Part shown: positions 7,267 to 15,712 of the stretch, piece by piece
Layout: each line of letters begins with the position of its first letter
Position numbering within the stretch: position 1 is the first letter of the stretch
NCBI GenBank assembly: GCA_902790595.1
Contig: CADASL010000005.1
Span: 127,672 to 191,671, forward strand
Length of the DNA: 64,000 nucleotides
DNA from: an uncultured Bacteroidales bacterium
GTDB lineage: Bacteria > Bacteroidota > Bacteroidia > Bacteroidales > SZUA-534
Direction of reading: 5' to 3'
Notes under the pieces: model-generated
What the model was told of the DNA's origin: nothing
What the model saw: only the letters and a program-made list of their open reading frames with translations
The model's database searches: none
Program-made: the position numbers and the translations under genes

Positions 7267-10200
7267 ATGAAATTGAAAAGAACCATATCGGCGGTTCTGT
7301 CAGCATTGATTGTAATCGCTTCATTATCAAACGTATCAGCACAAAAAGTCAAGGGCTATCTGTCCATCAAGGGCACCGTGAAAATCGAGCACGACAACTT
7401 CGCCGTGTCAAAAGTCAAGGTGTTTGTCGATGGCTCGCTCGACAAAATCTACGACGCCGACAAGACCGGACGCTTCAGTTTCAACATCGATTTGAACAAA
7501 CAAGTGGTGCTTGAAATATGCCGCCAGGGCTTCTACAGCAAGCGGCTTGAGTTCAACACCAACGTGCCGGTTGAGGACGTGGGCATCTGGAACTACAAGT
7601 TCAGCATTGAGCTGCTGCCCGAGGTTGACGGTTTCGACGCCTCGATTCTGGACCAGCCCATCGGCAAGATAAAATTTGTGGAAAAGATTGGCGATTTCGA
7701 CTACGACGAGGCCTACACCGCCGAGATGCAGAAGCGCCTGAAAGCGATGATGAAAGACTATGAGCAGAAGCGCCGGGCCACATTCGAGCGGCTGATTGCC
7801 GAAGCCGACGCCCAGTTCAGCCAGGCCAACTACGAAGAGGCCGTGGAGCTCTACACCAAAGCCATCGATGTTGACCCTTACGACCCCTACCCCGACAACC
7901 AGATTTCGGCTATCAAGAAGATTCTGGCAAAGAACCAGAACAACGACAAGAACTACCAGAAGAACATTGCCATTGCCGACGAGTCGTTCAACACTCAGCA
8001 GTACACCAACGCGCAGATTTACTACAAGCGCGCCCTCACCTATAAAGATGACCAGTATCCGAAGGACCAGCTGCTGAAAATCGACCGCATTCTGGCCGAG
8101 CTGTCGGATGCCGACGCCGCATTGGCCGCCAAGGAGAAGGCTTACCGCGACGCCATTGCCGAGGGCGACAAGAACTTCTCGGCCAAGAAGTACGAGGAGT
8201 CGCTGGCACGATTTAGCGAGGCGGCGTCCATCAAGCCTAACGAGCAGTACCCGAAAGACAAAATCACCGAGCTGAACGCCATCATTGCCAAACTCCGGAA
8301 CGACGCGGCCAACCAAGCCGCAATCGACAAGGCTTACGCCGAGGCCATTGCAAAAGCCGACAATCTGTATGGCCAGAACAATCTTGTTGACGCGCGCATC
8401 AACTATGTGAAAGCCAAAGAGATAAAACCAGCCGAGACTTATCCGCAAACACGAATCAACCTCATCGACAAGCAACTGGCTGCCGACAAGGCCAACACCG
8501 AGAAGTACAACGGATTCATAAGCGTGGCCGACAACGCGTTTGCCAAACAAGATTACAACTCGGCCAAATCGGCATACCAGCAGGCCGCGGCGCTGAAACC
8601 TAACGAGGCCTATCCGAAGCAGCGGATTGCCGAAATCGACAACCTGCTGGCTCAACAGAAAGCCGACAAGGCCAACGAGGGCTACAACCGCTTCATTGCC
8701 CTGGCCGACGCGGCGTTCAACAAAGAAGACTGGGCATCGGCAAAGAGCAACTACCAGCAGGCGCAAAGCTTCAAGCCCGAAGAGCAATATCCGGCTCAAC
8801 GCCTTGCCGAGATTGACCGTCTGATTGCCGACCGCGCCGCCAAGCGGAAGCTGTACGACGCCGCCATTGCCAAGGCCGACAAACTCTACGACAAACGCAA
8901 CTGGGAGGAGGCGAAATCGGCCTACAACGAGGCTTTGGCACTCTTCCCCACCGAGGCCTACCCGCAAAGCCGCATAACCGACATCGACAGCCGGCTGCTG
9001 GCAATGAAGAGCGCCGAAGAGCAGAAACGTGCAATTGAAAAAGCTTACGCCGACGCCGTGCGCAAGGGCGACAGCCTGCTCAACCTGAAGCTGTACAACG
9101 AGGCTAAAAACTCATTCAATCAGGCACTTGCAGCGAAGGCTGCCGAAAAATACCCGAAACAGAAGATTGCCGAAATCGACAAGCTGCTGGCACAACAGAA
9201 AGTATTGGATGACAAGTACATAAATCTCATTTCGTATGCCGACGACCAGTTTGCATCGGGCAAATACCCCGAGGCCCGCGGCAACTACGTAAGCGCGTTG
9301 CAGCTGAAGCCCGAAGAGACCTACCCGAAAGAGCGCATTGCTGAGATTGACAAACGTCTGGCCGAGCAAAAGATTGTGGCTGAGAAGATTGCAAAAGACA
9401 ACGCGCAGTATGACAACCTGATTGCCCAAGCCGACGCCAAGTTCAAAGCAGAGGACTTCACTCAGGCCAAGGCTCTCTACAGCCAGGCATCGGCGGTGAA
9501 GCCAAACGAGATGTACCCGAAGAACCAGATTGTGGAGATTGACAATATGATTGCCAAGGCCGCCGAACGCGACCGCAACTACAGTCAGGCTGTTGCAACC
9601 GCCGACGGTTACTTTAGAGAGAAGAAATACGCCGAGGCCATCAACGCCTACAACCAGGCTTTGAGCATAAAGCCAAACGAGGCTCACCCGAAGCAGAGGA
9701 TTGCTGAGGCTCAGGCATTTATCAACGCAGAGAACCAGAAGCGCCAACAATATGCGGCACTTATCACACAAGCCGACAACCTGTTTGCGCAGAAAGACTA
9801 CGCCAATGCGAAGCCTGTCTATCAGCAGGCTCTGCAACTGATGCCCAACGAGCAGCATCCGCAAACGCGCATCCAACAGATTGACAGCTTCTTAGCCGAA
9901 GCCGCGCAACGCAAGGCCGAGCAGGAGAACCAGCTCCGCTCCTACAAGGCGAAAGTGGCTGAAGCCGACCGCGCATTCAACGCCCGCAACTACGACAATG
10001 CCATCGAGCTGTACAGCGCCGCCAAGACCATCAAGCCCGACGAAACTTACCCCGACCAACAGATTGCGCAAATCAGCGCCAACATAAAAGCCGAAAAAGA
10101 GCAAGAGCGTCTGGCAAAAATCGATGCTGACTACAAAAACGCTGTCGCCCAGGCAGATGCGGCATATAAGGCAAAAGACTATTCGGCAGCCATCGGTCTC

Positions 10201-10605
10201 TACCGTTCGGCATCGGCTATAAAAGCCACCGAAAAATATCCGAAAGACCAGATTGAGCTGTGCGAGAAGCTCATCCGCGATAGCAACGCCCAAGCGCAAG
10301 CCGAGGCCGAGCGCCAGCGCAAAGAGCAGCTGGCCGCAGCTCAAAGCTCATTCGACAACAAGAAAGACTTTGATGTGCCGACCGGCCAACGTAGCGACCA
10401 CTTCCTCAACGAGCTGGCAAAACAGTATCCTGAGGGCATCACGGTTGAGAACTACGACAGCAAGGGCAAGAAGGTGAAACGTGTGATTGTGAACCGCGGA
10501 GGCCTTGCCCACGAGTACATTGAGGCAAAATACTCATACGGAACCTACTACTTCCGCGACGGACGAAGCATTTCGTCGCAGGTATTCTATAAAGAAACTA
10601 AATAA
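7267..10605 (+). CDS. Large secreted TPR-like repeat protein
   Basis: Signal peptide, N-terminal beta-rich domain, 14 helical repeats ending in KPxExYP-like motifs, distinct C-terminal domain. Confidence 0.88.
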   Translation: MKLKRTISAVLSALIVIASLSNVSAQKVKGYLSIKGTVKIEHDNFAVSKVKVFVDGSLDKIYDADKTGRFSFNIDLNKQVVLEICRQGFYSKRLEFNTNVPVEDVGIWNYKFSIELLPEVDGFDASILDQPIGKIKFVEKIGDFDYDEAYTAEMQKRLKAMMKDYEQKRRATFERLIAEADAQFSQANYEEAVELYTKAIDVDPYDPYPDNQISAIKKILAKNQNNDKNYQKNIAIADESFNTQQYTNAQIYYKRALTYKDDQYPKDQLLKIDRILAELSDADAALAAKEKAYRDAIAEGDKNFSAKKYEESLARFSEAASIKPNEQYPKDKITELNAIIAKLRNDAANQAAIDKAYAEAIAKADNLYGQNNLVDARINYVKAKEIKPAETYPQTRINLIDKQLAADKANTEKYNGFISVADNAFAKQDYNSAKSAYQQAAALKPNEAYPKQRIAEIDNLLAQQKADKANEGYNRFIALADAAFNKEDWASAKSNYQQAQSFKPEEQYPAQRLAEIDRLIADRAAKRKLYDAAIAKADKLYDKRNWEEAKSAYNEALALFPTEAYPQSRITDIDSRLLAMKSAEEQKRAIEKAYADAVRKGDSLLNLKLYNEAKNSFNQALAAKAAEKYPKQKIAEIDKLLAQQKVLDDKYINLISYADDQFASGKYPEARGNYVSALQLKPEETYPKERIAEIDKRLAEQKIVAEKIAKDNAQYDNLIAQADAKFKAEDFTQAKALYSQASAVKPNEMYPKNQIVEIDNMIAKAAERDRNYSQAVATADGYFREKKYAEAINAYNQALSIKPNEAHPKQRIAEAQAFINAENQKRQQYAALITQADNLFAQKDYANAKPVYQQALQLMPNEQHPQTRIQQIDSFLAEAAQRKAEQENQLRSYKAKVAEADRAFNARNYDNAIELYSAAKTIKPDETYPDQQIAQISANIKAEKEQERLAKIDADYKNAVAQADAAYKAKDYSAAIGLYRSASAIKATEKYPKDQIELCEKLIRDSNAQAQAEAERQRKEQLAAAQSSFDNKKDFDVPTGQRSDHFLNELAKQYPEGITVENYDSKGKKVKRVIVNRGGLAHEYIEAKYSYGTYYFRDGRSISSQVFYKETK

Positions 10606-10613
10606 TCAATAAG

Positions 10614-11531
10614 ATGAAAAGCTTTAAACTCAGTATTGCCGTTTTGCTTGCCGCCGGATTGACGGTGACCAGTTGCGACAAAAAGACCAAAAACATCGAG
10701 GCGTTCACCGACATCGAATGGTATCTCGACTCAACGCTCGTTATCCACAACGACTCGGCCTTCTCATACGCCGCCTACGACACTGTTCTTGAGCAGTTCT
10801 CGAAACCAACGCTGATTCCGCTGCGCCTGACCGACTCGCTGATAACAATCTCGCGCTACAAATCGATTGGCTACTACGACGACAAGCACTCGTTCCACAT
10901 CAAAGGCTGCGAATTGGACACTGACACAGTACGTTACGACATCAAATACATCAACAAGAGGCCGAAGCTGATTATCTACACCGACCCCTTCCCCATCATT
11001 CTTTCGACAAACAAAAGGCTTGAGATGGAGGAAACCAACAATTTTGTGCCAATCAAGTTCCAGATTTCCGATTTCTCGATAGGTGACCAGATTGACCGTT
11101 CGCTGCTCAAAACCGTGGGCGTTTACAACTACCCCAACTACACCATTGAGGATTGCGAGTACATCAACGACAAGAATCTCAGTTTCAAGATTATAGGCTA
11201 CAACCACATCTTCTCAATCGACCGCCGCAAAATTGAGGACTACAAGATTAAGGAGGTGATGAGCGTGGTGTCGGAGAAACTGGGCAACACGCCCGAATAC
11301 CGGCCAATGCGCCAATGGACCAAGGACAGCGACTACGAATATGAGTTCTACCGCTGGTCGACAAACGGCGTCCACATTGACCTGACGCGGAGCAAATACA
11401 TCGGCACCGACTCGTACAAGAAACTGCTGAACAATAAGAACTGGAACCTGTCGTACGACGACGTTGTTCTGCAAGCCATTCTTATTGAGACATTTAAGAA
11501 CGGAAAACCTCACTCATCAATCATAAACTAA
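10614..11531 (+). CDS. Hypothetical lipoprotein
   Basis: Lipobox-like VTS-C after hydrophobic leader. Confidence 0.8.
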   Translation: MKSFKLSIAVLLAAGLTVTSCDKKTKNIEAFTDIEWYLDSTLVIHNDSAFSYAAYDTVLEQFSKPTLIPLRLTDSLITISRYKSIGYYDDKHSFHIKGCELDTDTVRYDIKYINKRPKLIIYTDPFPIILSTNKRLEMEETNNFVPIKFQISDFSIGDQIDRSLLKTVGVYNYPNYTIEDCEYINDKNLSFKIIGYNHIFSIDRRKIEDYKIKEVMSVVSEKLGNTPEYRPMRQWTKDSDYEYEFYRWSTNGVHIDLTRSKYIGTDSYKKLLNNKNWNLSYDDVVLQAILIETFKNGKPHSSIIN

Positions 11532-12019
11532 TGAAAAAACTACTGCTGACACTGCCCTTCTGTGCCGCATTGTCCTGCACCAGCGACAACATTCAGGAAT
11601 CGAACATCAATATGCTTGCCGCCGGCAAATGGTTTCTGAGCGGGGTTATTACCGATTTCACCATAAGCGAGACGGGCGACACTAAGCAAATCAACATTTT
11701 CGACTTGGAGGTCTGCCCCGAGTGTCTGAAAGACGACGAGATTGAAATATCGAGCAACGGCGGCTACGAGATTTCGCTTGGCGAGGAGCGTTGCGACAAC
11801 GATACGCAGATTTTCAAATTCCCGCACAACGGAACGTGGCGGTTCACGGCCGACGAGTCGGACATTGTTTTGAACCCGGGCACGGCCGATTCCATAATGA
11901 TGAATATCACCACATTAACTGAAACAGAGCTGCAACTCACCTACTACGACACCATTCCGCAGCTGCTCTTCAAGAACGATTCGGCCATTCATCCGATAAC
12001 CATTCTTTACCGACACTAA
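11531..12019 (+). CDS. Lipocalin-like lipoprotein
   Basis: ALS-C lipobox; GKW and GTW motifs; translationally coupled (TAATG). Confidence 0.7.
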   Translation: MKKLLLTLPFCAALSCTSDNIQESNINMLAAGKWFLSGVITDFTISETGDTKQINIFDLEVCPECLKDDEIEISSNGGYEISLGEERCDNDTQIFKFPHNGTWRFTADESDIVLNPGTADSIMMNITTLTETELQLTYYDTIPQLLFKNDSAIHPITILYRH

Positions 12020-12040
12020 CCGATTGACACTAACTGCAAT

Positions 12041-12598
12041 ATGAAGTTCAGCAGATTCATTCTGAAACTTTTCGGCTGGCGCATCATCGACAAAGCCCCA
12101 ACCGACAAGAAATTCGTAGTCATTGCTCTCCCGCACACAAGTATGATGGATTTTGTCTGGGGCAAGCTGATTTTTGCGGCCTCCGGATTCTCGCCAAAGA
12201 TTTTCATCAAAAAAGAGATGTTCTTCTTTCCTGTCGGATTGTTGCTCAAGGCTTTAGGTGCGGTGCCAATCAACCGTAGCCGCTCCACTGGAATGGTTGA
12301 GCAGGTTATCGCCTATTTCAACAAACACGAAGAGTTCTGCGTCTGCATCACCCCCGAGGGAACGCGCAAGCTCACCAACAAGCTGAAACGCGGATTCTAT
12401 TTCATTGCAAAACAGGCCAATGTGCCAATCTTTTTGAGCGTTCTCGACTACAAAAACAAAACCGGGCTCATTGGTGAGCGTTTTATGCCAACAGGCGACA
12501 TTGAGGCCGATATGGAATACATTCACCAGTATTATGTGGCGCACAACCCAACGGCCAGGCACCCCAAGCAATTCACAACCGACTGCGTCCGCGTATGA
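12041..12598 (+). CDS. 1-acyl-sn-glycerol-3-phosphate acyltransferase family protein
   Basis: PHTSMMD (HX4D) and ITPEGTR motifs. Confidence 0.88.
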   Translation: MKFSRFILKLFGWRIIDKAPTDKKFVVIALPHTSMMDFVWGKLIFAASGFSPKIFIKKEMFFFPVGLLLKALGAVPINRSRSTGMVEQVIAYFNKHEEFCVCITPEGTRKLTNKLKRGFYFIAKQANVPIFLSVLDYKNKTGLIGERFMPTGDIEADMEYIHQYYVAHNPTARHPKQFTTDCVRV

Positions 12599-13377
12599 CC
12601 GACCTGCTGAATATTGCCTACGTCCAGCCCGACATCAAATGGCACGACATTGAAGGCAATCTGCGCCAATACGACACTATGCTCGACGGCATTTCCGATG
12701 CCGACCTGATTGTGCTGCCCGAGATGTTTGCCACCGGGTTCACCAACCAGCTCGACGGCACCGCCCAGACAATGGACGGACCACTTGCAGATTGGATGCT
12801 GACCAAAGCCGCCGCCAAGAACGCCGCCGTGGCCGGAAGCCAAATAATATACGACAACGGTCACTACTACAACCGTCTGCTTATAGCTATGCCCGACGGC
12901 CGCTTGGAATGGTGCGACAAACGCCATTTGTTCCGTATGGGATGCGAAAACGAGACTCTATCTCCCGGAAATGAACTGAAAATCATTAACTTCAGAGGAT
13001 GGCACATTCGTCCGGTGGTTTGCTACGACCTACGATTTCCCGTGTGGCTGCGCAACACCGGCAACAACTACGACCTTCTGCTCTGCGTCGCTAACTGGCC
13101 CACAGCGCGGCACAGTATTTTTGAGACACTGCTGCGCGCCCGCGCCATTGAAAACCAATGCTATGTGGTGGGCGTGAACCGCGTGGGAACCGACGGCCTC
13201 GGCATCGACTATGCTGGCGGCAGCTCCGTTATCGACATCTACGGCGGCGTAATGAGCCGGCTGCCGGAAAACACCATCGGCATTGGCCGGGCGACAGTCT
13301 CACTCAGCAAACTGAACGCTTACCGCGAAAAATTTCCAACAATTTTGGATGCTGACGGGTTTGAGATTGATATATAG
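12595..13377 (+). CDS. Nitrilase/carbon-nitrogen hydrolase (omega-amidase YafV-like)
   Basis: LPEMF, DKRHLF, VCYDLRFP catalytic E-K-C motifs; ARAIENQ. Confidence 0.9.
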   Translation: MTDLLNIAYVQPDIKWHDIEGNLRQYDTMLDGISDADLIVLPEMFATGFTNQLDGTAQTMDGPLADWMLTKAAAKNAAVAGSQIIYDNGHYYNRLLIAMPDGRLEWCDKRHLFRMGCENETLSPGNELKIINFRGWHIRPVVCYDLRFPVWLRNTGNNYDLLLCVANWPTARHSIFETLLRARAIENQCYVVGVNRVGTDGLGIDYAGGSSVIDIYGGVMSRLPENTIGIGRATVSLSKLNAYREKFPTILDADGFEIDI

Positions 13378-13432
13378 GATGTTGGGTGTTGGGTGTTGGT
13401 TATTAATACCGCATCGGGATTAATCGGGAAAC

Positions 13433-13460
13433 AAAAAAAAGGCGTGTCGCCACGCCTTTT
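13433..13460. terminator. Bidirectional intrinsic terminator
   Basis: AAAAGGCGTG-tcgc-CACGCCTTTT between convergent genes. Confidence 0.8.
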
Positions 13461-13482
13461 ATGCTAATCAATTGATTTTAAT

Positions 13483-14067
13483 TCAATCGTCTTCCTCAAC
13501 CGTAACGTTCATCATCTTGCGCAGATTGATGAGCGCATAACGCATCCGGCCCAAAGCCGTATTGATGCTGACGCCCGTCAGGTCGGCTATCTCTTTGAAA
13601 CTCATATCGTAAACATAACGATATTTGACAATGGCGCACTGCTCGGGCGGCAGTTTGGCAATCATCTGCTTCAAATCGGTGTGCGACTGCTTGGCAAGGC
13701 ACTTGTCCTCAGCGCTCTCGTCGAAAATGCCGATGGTTTTGAAGATGGCCTTCTCCTCGTCATCGCCCGAAACGGTGGGCAGATGCTTGTCGCGACGGTA
13801 AAAGTCGATAATCAGGTTGTGGGCAATACGCAGCACCCAAGGGCAAAACCTGCCATCGTCTTTGTAACTGCCGCTGTCGAGCGAGCGGATTACCTTAATA
13901 AATGTGTCCTGGAAAATGTCCTCGGCCAACTCGCGATCTTTCACCACCATCATAATGTATGAAAAAACGCGGTTTTTGTATTTGTCAATCAAGACTTCCA
14001 GACATTCCGTCTTTCCGTCCATATACTGCCTAATCAACTCATAATCAGACTGACTATGTAGGTTCAT
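13483..14067 (-). CDS. ECF sigma-70 factor
   Basis: AEDIFQDTFIKVI, WVLRIAHNLIIDFYR (region 2); MSFKEIA...SINTALGRMRYALINLRK (region 4). Confidence 0.93.
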   Translation of the reverse strand: MNLHSQSDYELIRQYMDGKTECLEVLIDKYKNRVFSYIMMVVKDRELAEDIFQDTFIKVIRSLDSGSYKDDGRFCPWVLRIAHNLIIDFYRRDKHLPTVSGDDEEKAIFKTIGIFDESAEDKCLAKQSHTDLKQMIAKLPPEQCAIVKYRYVYDMSFKEIADLTGVSINTALGRMRYALINLRKMMNVTVEEDD

Positions 14068-14364
14068 AACTACCTCCTTTTTTGTTTGTTCGAAGTAATT
14101 ATTTCTCGATAAGCAGTTCCTCCTTTATTGGTTTGACATTGTTTTAACACGACAAATATATTAAAATTTGAATTGTGACACCTTTTTTGCGTTCTTTTTT
14201 GGATATAAGGCGCAAATCGAGGGGGTAAATGGGCAGAAAAACGCGCCGTAAGCGTTTTTTTCGTTGACAAAACCGAAACCTTATTGCGGAAATCCGTAAA
14301 CCGGACTAAAATATTTTTAGAAACAATCGTATTTGGTAATTTCGCACCGTCAAAAAAAGTTGCT

Positions 14365-14901
14365 ATGCAGAACGAAGTAACAGTGCACGACAAAAGGTTC
14401 AGAATATCGGTCACGGCCGAAGAGATTCAGGCGCGTGTGGCCGCGATTGCACACCAGATGAACGCCGACCTTGCGGGGAAAGATGTTGTGTTTCTGGGCA
14501 TTCTGAACGGCAGTTTCGTTTTCGCCGCCGACCTTCTGCGCGGAATCGAGATGCCTTGCAAAATCAGCTTTGTGAAGTTCACGTCGTACGAGGGCGTCCA
14601 CTCAACTGGCAATGTCCGCGAGCTTATCGGCTTGAACGAAGACCTTAAGGGCAAGACTGTTGTCATTATTGAGGACATTGTGGACACCGGCAAGACAATG
14701 GTCGATCTGCTCGAATATCTGAAGCGTTTTGAACCGGCCGAGGTCCGCATCGCCACACTGATGTTCAAACCCGAAGCCTGCCGTAAAGATTTGAAAATCG
14801 ACTACTATGGTTTCTCGATTCCGAACGATTTCATTGTGGGTTACGGACTCGACTACGATGGTTTGGGCAGAAACCTGAAAGATATTTATAAGGTGGTATG
14901 A
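14365..14901 (+). CDS. hpt: Hypoxanthine phosphoribosyltransferase
   Basis: VVIIEDIVDTGKT PRPP motif; FIVGYGLDY; ATG 14365. Confidence 0.95.
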   Translation: MQNEVTVHDKRFRISVTAEEIQARVAAIAHQMNADLAGKDVVFLGILNGSFVFAADLLRGIEMPCKISFVKFTSYEGVHSTGNVRELIGLNEDLKGKTVVIIEDIVDTGKTMVDLLEYLKRFEPAEVRIATLMFKPEACRKDLKIDYYGFSIPNDFIVGYGLDYDGLGRNLKDIYKVV

Positions 14902-14970
14902 TTATTGTATAGACTATAAGCGTTTTGAGAATAAGAAACGAATTGATAAAGTATAACAAATTGTAATACA

Positions 14971-15552
14971 ATGTTTAATCTTGTAATTTTTGGCCCTCCG
15001 GGTTCGGGTAAAGGAACCCAATCAGAAAACATCATCAAGAAATACGGACTGAAGCACCTGTCGACAGGCGATATGCTTCGCGCCGAGAAAAGTTCCGGCT
15101 CTGAACTTGGCAACAAGATAAAAGAGCTTATCGACAACGGCAACCTGGTTCCCGATTGCCTTGTTGAGGAAATGGTGAAAAAGAATGTGGCAGAGGAAAA
15201 AGAGTCGGCAGGCTTCATCTTCGACGGTTTCCCGCGCACAAAAGAGCAGGCCGCCTGGCTCGACAATATGCTTGCCGAGCAGGGACAGAGCGTTACTCAA
15301 ATGCTTGCCCTCGACGTTGACGACAACGAACTCCGCACCCGCATCTTGGAACGCGGTAAGGTATCGGGCCGCGCCGACGACCAGGACGAGAGCATCATCA
15401 ACAACCGCATTGCCGTGTATCACAAACAGACTCAGCCGGTTATCGATTTCTATTCGGCTCAAGGCAAGTTTGTGTCGGTTGACGGCATCGGCTCGCTCGA
15501 CGATGTGTTCGGCCGCATCAGCGATGCAATGGACAAAGCAATGCAGAACTGA
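14971..15552 (+). CDS. adk: Adenylate kinase (short LID)
   Basis: GPPGSGKGTQ, HLSTGDMLR, FDGFPRT, GRADD. Confidence 0.96.
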   Translation: MFNLVIFGPPGSGKGTQSENIIKKYGLKHLSTGDMLRAEKSSGSELGNKIKELIDNGNLVPDCLVEEMVKKNVAEEKESAGFIFDGFPRTKEQAAWLDNMLAEQGQSVTQMLALDVDDNELRTRILERGKVSGRADDQDESIINNRIAVYHKQTQPVIDFYSAQGKFVSVDGIGSLDDVFGRISDAMDKAMQN

Positions 15553-15575
15553 AGAGAAGACTCTCAAGAGCACAC

Positions 15576-15609
15576 AAAGCCCGCTGGTTAATTGCCGACG
15601 GGCTTTTTT
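15576..15609 (+). terminator. Terminator after adk
   Basis: AAAGCCCG...CGGGCTTTTTT. Confidence 0.7.
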
Positions 15610-15650
15610 ATTGCCCTCCACACTCTCAGAGGACTGTCCGGCTCCTTCGG

Positions 15651-15698
15651 AAAACAAAAACCGCCGTGCGGCATTTGCTACACGGCGGTTTTGTTTTT
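15651..15698 (-). terminator. Terminator of the giant T9SS gene
   Basis: AAAACCGCCGTG...CACGGCGGTTTT hairpin just past the stop. Confidence 0.8.
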
Positions 15699-15712
15699 CG
15701 GTCGGGCTGCGG

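Noticed and set aside
7408-8967. 519-aa minus-strand ORF and other long antisense ORFs (9112-9876, 15185-16552, 49912-51048, 62880-63773)
   Set aside because: Shadow frames of real genes with strong codon bias; no recognisable motifs
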